Source: Bigelowiella natans CCMP2755 (taxonomy: Eukaryota; Protista; Cercozoa). From it: a DNA stretch of 64,000 nucleotides. The stretch spans positions 1 through 64,000 of the forward strand of contig ADNK01001110.1 in assembly GCA_000320545.1 (NCBI GenBank). The letters are read 5' to 3'. Shown here one piece after another: positions 39,091-48,915 of this stretch (position 1 is its first letter; each line of letters begins with the position of its first letter). Position numbers and translations under genes: made by a program. Below the pieces are notes generated by a model. That model worked only from the letters and a program-made list of their open reading frames with translations, searched no databases and had not been told where the DNA came from.

Positions 39091-40518
39091 TCAAGTACTG
39101 CCTTCAAGAATCAGGCTTCGGTGCCGCGCCATTGCATCTGTCATTGCCCTTAAATTGTGGATGGTGAGCAGCGTATGCACGACAGGCTCCTTCGCCCGAA
39201 GCAGATGGTTGAGGTACGCCCTCGTGTAGTTTTGGCACGTGAAGCAGTCGCAGTCGTCTTCGATCGGAGTGTAGTCATAATCATAGATCGCTTTCGGCAG
39301 CTTCAGCCGGCCTTTCTTCGTGATGAGGTGGCCGTGTCTCGCCATCCGCGTGGGGTAGCACGAATCAAACGTATCGACCCCCAAGGCGACACCATGGGCG
39401 ATTGACTCCAAATCTGCGATGCCCAGCAAGTGGACGGGCTTACTCGGTGGAAGCGTTGGCATGATATGTGTGAGCAGCTGGACGAGTTCCTGCCGGTCCC
39501 TGCCGAGGCTGCCTCCGATCGCAATCCCGTCGAACGGCAGCGAGCTTAAATACTCAACTGACATCTTTCTCAACTCTAGGTTCATCCCACCATGGACGAC
39601 GCAGTACATTGCCTGATTCCGAACGTCCTTGAGATGTTCTTGCAGGCTCCTAGCTTCCCATCTATGCGTGCGGTATAGGGAGTGGAGCAGGCGCGTTTCG
39701 TCCACGTTCACGGGCAACAGCTCGTCCAACGGCACGATGATGTCCGCGCCATACGCCTTCTGAGCCCTGACAGAACTCTCGGGGGTGAGCAATATCTTCT
39801 TCCCATCTTTATACGATCGAAAGGTCGCTCCTTCCTCTGTCACTCGCAGCATGGACTTCTCGTGGTGCCTCTTTGCAAGCGACTTGGAGCCCCCCCCCCC
39901 CTCGTCGGAATCCTTGCCGGAGAGGGAGAAGACCTGGAACCCCCCGGAGTCTGTGATGATGGGTCGGTGGCGGTTGATGAACTTATGGATGCCTCCTGCC
40001 TTCTCTATGACGTCGGGGCCAGGCTGTATCATCAAGTGGTACGAGTTACAGAACATGAGCTGGCAGTTTGCCTCGTTGGCTGCTTGGTGGTCGACAGCCT
40101 TCAGGGTTCCGTTCGTTGCCACCGGCACGAATCCGGGCGTATCTATGACGCCGTGCGGGGTGTGTATCCTGCCCACTCGTGCTCGGGACGTTTTGGATTG
40201 GTAGACCAATTCGAAGCGGAAGAAGTCCTTCTCCTCGTACGCCCACCCAGGAAAGTCCCCCGGAACAAGGGGGGGAGTGAGTGGATGTACGGAGGCGGGC
40301 CTTTTCTTCCCTTTCCTCGTAACTACCGCCTCTTCGCTCACCTTCTCCCCCTCTCCTGTGTCGGCTGATGCGCCGCATAAGTATCGTCGGGGCTCTCGAC
40401 TGTGTGGAAGGGGTCTAAACGAAGAGGATGAATTATAGCCGAGACAGCAAGGATCCCGACTGCTCATTCCCCTTAATTCTCGCGTATGCCACCGGAGCCT
40501 GCGAAGGCACGAGGCCAT
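39091..40518 (-). CDS. tgt: Queuine tRNA-ribosyltransferase (TGT), intronless, with organellar transit-like N-terminus
   Basis: RARVGRIHTPHG..TPGFVPVAT, NSYHL, TDSGGFQVFSL, HLLGI, DTFDSCYPTR, Zn site CDCFTC...H; ATG at 40518 (MASCLRRLRW). Confidence 0.95.
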   Translation of the reverse strand: MASCLRRLRWHTRELRGMSSRDPCCLGYNSSSSFRPLPHSREPRRYLCGASADTGEGEKVSEEAVVTRKGKKRPASVHPLTPPLVPGDFPGWAYEEKDFFRFELVYQSKTSRARVGRIHTPHGVIDTPGFVPVATNGTLKAVDHQAANEANCQLMFCNSYHLMIQPGPDVIEKAGGIHKFINRHRPIITDSGGFQVFSLSGKDSDEGGGGSKSLAKRHHEKSMLRVTEEGATFRSYKDGKKILLTPESSVRAQKAYGADIIVPLDELLPVNVDETRLLHSLYRTHRWEARSLQEHLKDVRNQAMYCVVHGGMNLELRKMSVEYLSSLPFDGIAIGGSLGRDRQELVQLLTHIMPTLPPSKPVHLLGIADLESIAHGVALGVDTFDSCYPTRMARHGHLITKKGRLKLPKAIYDYDYTPIEDDCDCFTCQNYTRAYLNHLLRAKEPVVHTLLTIHNLRAMTDAMARHRSLILEGST

Positions 40519-41233
40519 TTCAGCGAGTGGGGCCGAGGGAGCCAATCCTTCTTTTGAACGTTATTGGTGTACACCCCCTCGTCAAGTACATCCGCCCTTT
40601 CGGAGCTGAGCCTCAGCCTGATGAGATCGACAACTATAATCAGGAAAAAATTTAAGCCAAAAACATCCTATAAAATATAATTAAGTATGTCGGAAAAATG
40701 GCAAATGTGAAGATTTTCCAGCGTCACAACATACGTATAAGAGACAGAAAAGCCAGGATTTTCCCCGTGCGACAATCAAATTAGATGTCAACTTGAGGTG
40801 AATCCTCGAGGATCTAAGCGTCTCCGGATCCAGCATCATCCGGCGTCAGTGCGGGAAATTTCAATGGGCGACGCACTTTGGGGAGTCTGAGGGCAAAACG
40901 GAATGTGAGTACCGTTAAGAATTACTGGGTAAACAAAAGCGAGTACACTTTATTTTGTAGTGAAAGGGTGAAGCCATTCACGGGTTTCGCTCAATTCCAC
41001 CGCCATCTGAAGACACCGTGGAGTCACGAATTGGGCACCATCGTTGCAAGTCAAAAAACGAGCAGCGTGCCATGCACATTGCTAGATTGCGTCTGTCATG
41101 AGACTTCCATCACAAATTTAGCCGGCGGTGAACGGAAGCAGCTACAAAATGCTTCCATTTGCAAGCTGTCTGTCTGATCACATGTTGCCTACGTGGAAAG
41201 TGTTTCGAGAAGTTGGCACCTTTGTGGTTGTCC

Positions 41234-41559
41234 TGTTGCGCGTAAGGTGTTCACAGGCCGAGGCGCTACGTGCACAAGTAGGCAGGGGGGGGGAAAGGCA
41301 CGTTTGCTTCCTTTTGAAGAGTTGTGTTTATTTTTATTAAAGATTATATTTTTATTAAATCGTGCACTGCGTAATCATTCGCGAAGCTTTCGCGAATGCC
41401 GCCGCACGTGGGGCAGCACACTTCCGGTGTGCTGCCATGAGTCCCGCCGGAACCCACGTGCCTATGCTGTATTAATATCTACGTTATCTATATTCTATAT
41501 CCGCGACAACCCCTTTGTTGTCGCACGTGACTTGTGCCCGCGTAGTGGTACGCGCTACA
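41234..41559 (-). repeat. 3' LTR (326 bp)
   Basis: TGTTGCGCGTA...TACGCGCTACA (11-bp terminal inverted repeat, 1 mismatch); identical to 46624-46949. Confidence 0.97.
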
Positions 41560-41567
41560 CCTCCCCC
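41560..41567 (-). other. Polypurine tract GGGGGAGG
   Basis: Immediately precedes the 3' LTR on the minus strand. Confidence 0.85.
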
Positions 41568-41610
41568 AAGTCACGTTGCTCCTTCCTTCCTTCCTTATTC
41601 CCTTAGACCT

Positions 41611-44600
41611 TCATCGCTTTCGGAACTTCACCAACCACCAGGTAATAGATTCCTCTCTAACCTTATCTCCTTTGTCGCTTACCCAGAACTCACCTTCGTC
41701 CTTAGGTTCGTGTCCATACCAGCCCTCTGCATCAAGGTCCCCCAGGACCTTATACCAGTGCTCAAAGGGTAAGTCGGGAACAGCTAGGTAGAGTAGCTGA
41801 TATTTTCCGTCCTTTATTTTCATAGCTACCCTCTCCATATTTCGTAATCCAGGGTAGCCTAGATAGACAATCTTCATGCGCCAATCGTCGTTCACCCTGA
41901 CCTTATTGTTTCCATATTCCACATCGAACTTAGGTCGGGGTCCTAAACAAGGCATTGCTCGCTCCCACACAGTAGGGTTTACTTTAACATCCTCTAGGAG
42001 CTTCTCACCGATATCATAATTCTTTAGGTGACTGATGTGGCGCAAGGTGACCCTGTTCCCATCATAGATGTAGTACTGCTTCCTCCCCTTCCTCTCGGTA
42101 ACCTTTGCAACGCCACCCCAGAAGGGGTCTTGTTTATTTCTCGATCTCAGATTTACCTTGGCCCTAACATACTGTCCTTCCTTTAGAACTCGGCCATCGT
42201 ACGGGACCTTCTCGTCTTCGCTCTCGGTATCGTCGTCGTTGTCGTCGCCTTCTTCCCTCTCCTTATCCTTGATACCTCCCCCAGACGTGAAGGTGTCGTT
42301 TACTAACCCTTGTATCTTGTCTGGTGTGGTGCTATTTATCCTGCTTAGGTTGGCCAAGGTGCGGTGGAGTCGCTCTACCTTGGAGTTGGACTGGGCATAG
42401 TATACAGGTGAGGCATCAATATTAGGGTGTGGTAGCTGTAGAAGAGAGGTCTCATTATCCACATGTAACTTCTTTGGTATCTTGTTTATGCTAACTTCAT
42501 CAGGGATAGCCTGGAGCTCAGACTCCCAGGTACGGTAGCAGTTAGTAAGCCTCTGCTTATATAAGCCTTTGTTCTTCTTAGCAACGTTGACCTTGATAAT
42601 CTTTTTAACCCAGCACTTTCCAGTGGCCACATCAACGAAGGTAAGGTAGTGATAGCCATCGTACTTATAAACATCAATTTGCACGATATCTAAGAAGTTC
42701 CTTGCTTTGATTTTCTTAGATGCACGGCTCTTGCTGGACTCCTTGGTGGCGACGCCTGCCGCCTTCAAGCTGGAGCACCTGCAGCCACGCAGGTATGTCC
42801 TTATCTCTTTTAGCTTGTAGGGCCAGTAGTAATGGTAGAGTAGAGCAGTGATATGGTTTTCTCCTACGTGTGCAGGTCCATGGGCGGTAAAGAGAAGGGC
42901 TCCCCTGGTCCGCCGTGGCACGTAGGTACGCCTAACATTATTAGTGTATACATATATCCTATCACTAAGTACCTCATGCTTGTGTTTGTATTTATCCAGG
43001 TGTTCTTGAAGGTGCTGGAGCTCCTCTGGCTCAGGCAGGAAGTCGCCGTCCTCGAAGGTAATCGCGTTAACCATAGGGGTGACCTGGGTAGGGACTTTCT
43101 TTTCGAACAGCCTGCTGAAATAGTCAGCAAGCTGCTTGTCTCCTGGTGCGTAGACCACTGTCCTCTTGTCCCTAAACTCTTCCGTGTCCGCCCTCATAGC
43201 TGCATACTCATCGTTAGGCGCTTCGAGCTTGCGGTCGATGCCTAGGAGGGGCTTGTGGTCAGTCATTAAGGTGAAGCTGGGCACCGACAGCAGGTAGTAT
43301 CTTAGTTTCCTCTGCGCCTCAGTCATGGCTTTATACTCTCCTTTTGTAGGGCTGTACTTGGCCTCAGCTGCTGTGCAGGCCCTGCCCCACACCCGTATGA
43401 TCTGCTGGTCTTGGGTAAGTACAGCAGCCATACCTAGCTTAGACCAGTCTGTCCATAGGGTAGCTGGTCTAGTAGTGTCTAGCTTAGCATTCAATAGGGT
43501 GTTGCTGCATAACTTTATTAGGTTATCGAAGTGGGCATCAAGGCCAGCCTTGGCCCACACCTTAGCGAAGCTGAGGCCTACAGAGTTCTCCTTCCGGTAA
43601 GCAGTAGTAAAAGCAGCTGCAGTCCTAGCGTAGGTAGGGGAGAACCTACGTAGTATCCAAGCTGCAGTCTGCAAGAATGACTTTAACTCCTTTGCATTCT
43701 TAGGTTTAGGGGCTTGCTGTAGTGCTGCTACTTTCTCGGGGTTTGGGGTGATGCGGCCTTGCTCCAGGTAATATCCACACCACTTGATTCTTGTAGCTAG
43801 GAATGTACACTTCTGCAGTCTAATAGTAAAACCGAAGTGTGCAAACCTAATAAATATATTTTCCAGGAGGAAGATCTGAGCGACGACTGTGTTGGTACAT
43901 ATTATGTCATCATCCACATACACAAACACAAACACCCACAACACAGACGCCATCCCATCATGTGTGTATGCCCTGTAGTTCTGACTACTGAACGCATCCC
44001 CTGATATGCTTAGGCCGTAAGGGAATACGACGAAGTGCCACTTCCTGTGCCTGCTGGAGAACGCGGTAATGGGGCGGGAGGTTTTGTGGATGGGTGTCTG
44101 CATGTATGATTCATTTTTATCTAGGGAAGAGTAGTATTTGTATCCTATGACGTGTTCAATAACGTCATCTATCCTTGGTGTAGGTGTCTGGATCCTCTTT
44201 ATTACTCGGTTGTGGCGGATGAAGTTGTGCGCCAGGCGGAAGAAAGGGTAAGTAGGTTTCTTAGCTAGCACATGTCTCACGTTCCATGGTGAGTTGCTTG
44301 GCTCTATCTTCCCTTCCTTTGCCCATTCATTGATCTGCCACTCTATCTTTTCCCAGTCCGCTTCCGGTCGCCTATGTTCTGGGTCATTGATGATGCACTC
44401 TTCGTATCCCTTCTTTAGCTCGATCTTTACTGGGGTAAGCTTGCTGGAGGGCTTCGTCGTCGGCTTGGTGATGTCAGAGTACTTCTCGTTTAATATTTTA
44501 TTAATGTACTTTTTGCCTTTGTCGATATCCCAATCATCAGCTGGGGGGGTCTTGTCCAGTAGCTCCGTTATCTGTCGGATGGTCTTGCCGGGGTTCTTCT

Positions 44601-46584
44601 TCCGTAGCTCGGTAGGTGTAGGTAGCTTGTTGTCCGCTAGGTCCATAAACTCTAACGCATTAACGCTTGACTCAGAGGTCCACTCGTCAAGCCGTATCAT
44701 GTTCTGGCTGATGGTCCTGCCTGACTTCTTTGGCAACTTAGCAAAGTATATCTTGTGATTGTAGAATGATATGATCCCCCCTAATTTTTCTAGGGCATCC
44801 TGTCCGAGGAGTAGTTCCATGGATAAAGTCATGGCTACTCGGGTCTTGATTTGGGTCTCCGCGTCGCTGCCAGGTATCTGTAGCTTTAGCATTAGCTCAC
44901 CGACGGTCTTCATGGAAGAGCTTCCGTCTGCTTGAGCATATTTACGTTCTTTCTTAGTCACTTGATCCAATAGTCCTAACCTTCTTACTGTGCTTAGGCT
45001 TATGAAGGACTTCGGCATGCTGCCACTATCCCAAAGGGCAGGTAGTTTCTTGTAGTCTCCGTAGCTGTCTTTAACTTTAACCTTGGTCATAGCAACTTTG
45101 ATAGTCCTGTTAGCGTCTTCGTCATTAATGTTGCATACTCCTAAGTTCTTTATGTCGTCTAGGGTCATGGGCTTGTCTTGGTCCTGCGTTGCTGGTACTG
45201 CTGTCTTCGTCGGCGCCTGCTTAAGGTGATCTAATATTCCGTTTATCTGCTGCTGTATAGCATTGATACTGTTCTGCTTTTTGTTCTTATATTTATTGTT
45301 CTTCCCGTTGTTGCTGCCTTGCCATTTGCTGTTGTTATATCCTTGTCCTCTGCCTTTCTTTCTCTTTAACTTCTCGTAGTGTTCGTTGAGCTGCCTGATC
45401 GTCATCCTGGGTCGTCCTTCTTTCCTGTCTCTGCAGTCTTTAGCGGTGTGTTTCCCTTTACGTGAGCAGTATCCGCAACGTCGGTTACCTTCCCTGTCCT
45501 TGTACCAGTCTCGCTGCGGCTTAATAGCGTTAATGTTTCCTATGCCAGGTACCTTAGGGCTGGTAAACTTGCGGTCCTGCTCCTGCTCGCGTAGGGATAT
45601 AGCCTGCACTGCTGCCTCCATCGTGGTGTAGCCTTTCTCCGTAACGTAAGTGGATTCCTTTATCTTTAACTTGAACTCTTCAAACCTTGCCTGATCATCA
45701 CCTGTGTTGTAATTAAAATCATGTAGTTCGTCGATCATATCCTGGAAGCGCGTGGCAAAGTCTCTAACAGGTTCTCTCTCATGCTGCATCATTGCTCTGT
45801 ATTTTCTAATAGCCTGGGGTAGGGAGTTAGCATCCTGTTCATTTACAAAAGCCTTCATTATCGCCTCAACGTCTCGTAGCCCACTAACTGTAGTGTGTAT
45901 TTTCTCTAGCTGCCTGATCCGGGTCCTGCCTGTCTCGTAAAGGTCCATGGCTTGCTTTATTATAGCTAGCCATTTGAGCTTGTCGTTTTCGGTGGGGTTA
46001 GGGGTAAAGTCGCAGAGTATACTCCTAGCGTTCTTCCACCACCTCCTTGCCTCACCTCTTTTCCCGTTGTATTTCGTTATCATAACCGGTGCTGTTTTAA
46101 CAGACATGAACTGGGTGTTCCGCTGTACCGGCTGCTGCTGCTTGACGGTGCTCTGGGTCGTCCCCCGCGAGGCGCCCAGACCCCCGTCGTTCCTAAACAA
46201 AGCTGCCCACTCTGGAGGTAAGTCTGCTTCGTAATCCATGATGTCCTGCATGATAGCTGCCCAAACATCATGTGTCTGATACTTGTATTCTATCGATACT
46301 TTCAGTTTGGCGTAGTTGCTCGCCCTGGGTCGCAAGGCTCGTAATGCCATTACGACCTTCTTGCTTTCGGCGGCCACGTCCTCGTCGTCCGCCTCGTAGA
46401 AGTTCTCCAGTGCCTCTGCTGCTGCATCTGCTTTCTTAATCCCGGGTGCTGGTCCCGGCGGTGCCTGTGGAGGTGTTCCTCCTCCTTCCTTAGCGTCCGT
46501 ATCGCCCTTCCTTTCCTGTTTCTGCTCGTGCCCTTGCACGGCCTGCGAGCCAAAGTCCTGCTGTTCTTCTAGCTGCTGTGACAT
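41611..46584 (-). CDS. Gag-Pol polyprotein, 1657 aa (Gag, protease, RT, RNase H, integrase, C-terminal MTase-like domain)
   Basis: Zn knuckle CGYCSRKGKHTAKDC; protease ALWDSGS; RT LDKNESYMQ, FPYGL, YVDD; RNase H TDWS, TDHKPL, ADYFSR; integrase H..H..YYWP..C.C, QIDV, VDNE, SNSKVER. Confidence 0.97.
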   Translation of the reverse strand: MSQQLEEQQDFGSQAVQGHEQKQERKGDTDAKEGGGTPPQAPPGPAPGIKKADAAAEALENFYEADDEDVAAESKKVVMALRALRPRASNYAKLKVSIEYKYQTHDVWAAIMQDIMDYEADLPPEWAALFRNDGGLGASRGTTQSTVKQQQPVQRNTQFMSVKTAPVMITKYNGKRGEARRWWKNARSILCDFTPNPTENDKLKWLAIIKQAMDLYETGRTRIRQLEKIHTTVSGLRDVEAIMKAFVNEQDANSLPQAIRKYRAMMQHEREPVRDFATRFQDMIDELHDFNYNTGDDQARFEEFKLKIKESTYVTEKGYTTMEAAVQAISLREQEQDRKFTSPKVPGIGNINAIKPQRDWYKDREGNRRCGYCSRKGKHTAKDCRDRKEGRPRMTIRQLNEHYEKLKRKKGRGQGYNNSKWQGSNNGKNNKYKNKKQNSINAIQQQINGILDHLKQAPTKTAVPATQDQDKPMTLDDIKNLGVCNINDEDANRTIKVAMTKVKVKDSYGDYKKLPALWDSGSMPKSFISLSTVRRLGLLDQVTKKERKYAQADGSSSMKTVGELMLKLQIPGSDAETQIKTRVAMTLSMELLLGQDALEKLGGIISFYNHKIYFAKLPKKSGRTISQNMIRLDEWTSESSVNALEFMDLADNKLPTPTELRKKNPGKTIRQITELLDKTPPADDWDIDKGKKYINKILNEKYSDITKPTTKPSSKLTPVKIELKKGYEECIINDPEHRRPEADWEKIEWQINEWAKEGKIEPSNSPWNVRHVLAKKPTYPFFRLAHNFIRHNRVIKRIQTPTPRIDDVIEHVIGYKYYSSLDKNESYMQTPIHKTSRPITAFSSRHRKWHFVVFPYGLSISGDAFSSQNYRAYTHDGMASVLWVFVFVYVDDDIICTNTVVAQIFLLENIFIRFAHFGFTIRLQKCTFLATRIKWCGYYLEQGRITPNPEKVAALQQAPKPKNAKELKSFLQTAAWILRRFSPTYARTAAAFTTAYRKENSVGLSFAKVWAKAGLDAHFDNLIKLCSNTLLNAKLDTTRPATLWTDWSKLGMAAVLTQDQQIIRVWGRACTAAEAKYSPTKGEYKAMTEAQRKLRYYLLSVPSFTLMTDHKPLLGIDRKLEAPNDEYAAMRADTEEFRDKRTVVYAPGDKQLADYFSRLFEKKVPTQVTPMVNAITFEDGDFLPEPEELQHLQEHLDKYKHKHEVLSDRIYVYTNNVRRTYVPRRTRGALLFTAHGPAHVGENHITALLYHYYWPYKLKEIRTYLRGCRCSSLKAAGVATKESSKSRASKKIKARNFLDIVQIDVYKYDGYHYLTFVDVATGKCWVKKIIKVNVAKKNKGLYKQRLTNCYRTWESELQAIPDEVSINKIPKKLHVDNETSLLQLPHPNIDASPVYYAQSNSKVERLHRTLANLSRINSTTPDKIQGLVNDTFTSGGGIKDKEREEGDDNDDDTESEDEKVPYDGRVLKEGQYVRAKVNLRSRNKQDPFWGGVAKVTERKGRKQYYIYDGNRVTLRHISHLKNYDIGEKLLEDVKVNPTVWERAMPCLGPRPKFDVEYGNNKVRVNDDWRMKIVYLGYPGLRNMERVAMKIKDGKYQLLYLAVPDLPFEHWYKVLGDLDAEGWYGHEPKDEGEFWVSDKGDKVREESITWWLVKFRKR

Positions 46585-46600
46585 TGTTAGTCAAATCGTT

Positions 46601-46618
46601 TCCCGTGTGTGGAAGCCA
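46601..46618 (-). other. Primer-binding site TGGCTTCCACACACGGGA (18 nt)
   Basis: Starts 5 nt after the 5' LTR. Its complement ends ..TCCCGTGTGTGGAAG-CCA like a tRNA 3' end (possibly Glu/Asp type; not verified). Confidence 0.8.
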
Positions 46619-46623
46619 AAGGT

Positions 46624-46949
46624 TGTTGCGCGTAAGGTGTTCACAGGCCGAGGCGCTACGTGCACAAGTAGGCAGGGGGGGGGAAAGGCACGTTTGCTTC
46701 CTTTTGAAGAGTTGTGTTTATTTTTATTAAAGATTATATTTTTATTAAATCGTGCACTGCGTAATCATTCGCGAAGCTTTCGCGAATGCCGCCGCACGTG
46801 GGGCAGCACACTTCCGGTGTGCTGCCATGAGTCCCGCCGGAACCCACGTGCCTATGCTGTATTAATATCTACGTTATCTATATTCTATATCCGCGACAAC
46901 CCCTTTGTTGTCGCACGTGACTTGTGCCCGCGTAGTGGTACGCGCTACA
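46624..46949 (-). repeat. 5' LTR (326 bp)
   Basis: Identical to 41234-41559; followed on the minus strand by the PBS and the ORF start. Confidence 0.97.
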
Positions 46950-47379
46950 GTCCACCGGTCGCACACTTTCAATGTGCTCATCTTCATGCATGAAATGCTC
47001 GAGCAAACGGACCAGCATCACATTCTGCAACTGCCACCTGCGATGCACCTACAGAGCTCCTATATCGCATGCATGTAATTGATGCGTTCATGTTTTCTAC
47101 TGAACATTTCGCACATGAGAGTAGCGACGCGTGAATGTGATAAGCACAATTCTGTCTTATCTGAGTCGCAGAACGAGGCATAGCCAGTGCTGTGCATTCG
47201 CAGTATGCACCGTATATCTCATGCACTTCGCTCGCTACTGTACACTAGTACATCAAGCGAATTCGCATTAATTCAGGAGGTCAAAGCATAGATGTGAACG
47301 TGGACTTTGAGGCGTGATTGTTATTCTTACCGACGTGTAGCACATTGCGAATTGCAGCAACGCATACACTTCACATTAG

Positions 47380-47804
47380 TTAATCGTTCTTCTTGCTCTT
47401 ACTAGGACCGATAAGATTCAAGCGAAGCATGGAGAGCAACCCGACCAGCCCTGTGACAAGTGCTCCCAGCTCAGTGGCGTTCCTGAGTGAGCAAAATTTA
47501 GTTTCATATCGAGTAGATTTGGGAATGGTGCCATGAGCAGGCTTTGCTGCGATTGACGTCACATCTCATCAATTTTCTGTGCCAATATTTCTACGAATGC
47601 ACCTGTTCACTTGCTGCAGGCGCTCAAGTAGCGTGGGGAGCAGCATGGACGGCAGCACGTCAAATCCCAGGGATGAGAGTATAAAGTCGGATCTGTCGGT
47701 GAGGGGCACGAAGAACATTGTGGCGAGAATAGCCACGTTCAAGAAACCATGGGGGGGGAAGAGAACGAGGATTCATATGTATTGTGCATGTTTTGATATT
47801 AATA

Positions 47805-47845
<41 letters not shown>

Positions 47846-48884
47846 GTGTGCAATGTAAGTGACAACTTGAGAAGCCCCGCGATATTCTTTGTAATTTGGT
47901 TTGATAGGTCGCAGCTGCCTATAATTAGGGGAGTGGGGTGGTATGATCGATCTTGAGGTTCGTCTCTCACACTTCTTTGATCTCAAAAACCAAGGCAATC
48001 ATCTTAGCACACACACACACACAATCAATGTACGTTCGGAGAACTACAAGCTCAGAAGGGCACACGATGGTTATTGAATCCAAGATGAAGACTCAATTCT
48101 TTCTAGTTGTCATCCTAACCTGAAGCTGCAACGATCTCGTAGAAGACCTGATTTACATTTTTCATATCATTTATGCACATACAGTGGTGGAGTGCTGTGC
48201 GGGCCATTGCAGCAACACCAAACATTATAGAGAAACGTGCTGTCCACTGAGTCAGGCGATACCTTGGCATTTTCAGGGAGCACGTTCCATCCTGTGACGA
48301 CGTACACAATGTAGCGGAACGCCTGCTCGGATAGTTGCTTTCTGCAGAGGGCAAAAAGGAGGAGGGGGAAGATAAGAAGGTGGTGGAGAAAGGTGTCTAC
48401 CAAGAATCAAGAACGATTGAACGCTTGAGCGAGGAATAGAGAGAGGAGGCGAGTTCGCCTTATGCGTCAAAATGTTAGGGAAAATGGACAATTTGCAGCT
48501 TGTGCGTGCAATAAGAGAGAAGGAGGGGAAGAAGGCAGGAAAAAAAAGAGAGGGAGAATGGCGTAGCTAGCATTAATGAACAGTGGACAGCAGCATGCGA
48601 TTTCCACGACGTGATTGGCATTTAGCACGATAAACAATTACTGTAGGATCTGCTCACAGAAGGGCTCCGGAATCGTCAAAGTGTCAGGGGATGTTTGCTG
48701 TCCCCCAGCTGCCTTGAGGAGCCCCTCCCCTCCCCGTGATCGATACTGAGGGTGAGGAATATCTTCGTGGTTGTCGTCGACGCTATTTATGTTCGACCCG
48801 GCCGTGAGAAGCAGCGGGATCCAGAAGTATGATAGGGCCTGATGATCGCCGACGACAACGACAAAGACAACGACAACGACGACA

Positions 48885-48915
<31 letters not shown>

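Larger units (their letters stand above)
41234..46949 (-). mobile_element. Intact full-length Ty3/Gypsy LTR retrotransposon
   Basis: Two 326-bp LTRs identical by eye with TG..CA ends, TSD GTCC (41230-41233 and 46950-46953), PBS, PPT, and a single gag-PR-RT-RH-IN ORF. Confidence 0.97.

Noticed and set aside
41376-41465. HDV-like or hammerhead ribozyme in the LTR
   Set aside because: A P1-GG-P4-like arrangement exists on the minus strand, but there is no P3/L3 or catalytic C-R-A junction, and no CTGATGA...GAAA core.
41193-41606. ORFs spanning the LTR copies (also 46607-46993 and 55503-55847)
   Set aside because: Antisense to the element, non-ATG starts in flanking DNA, no recognisable domain.
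41611-42015. Chromodomain or env as the Gypsy C-terminal extension
   Set aside because: No chromodomain signature (Y.V..I, YLVKW.G) and no signal or TM helix; the pattern fits an MTase-like fold better.
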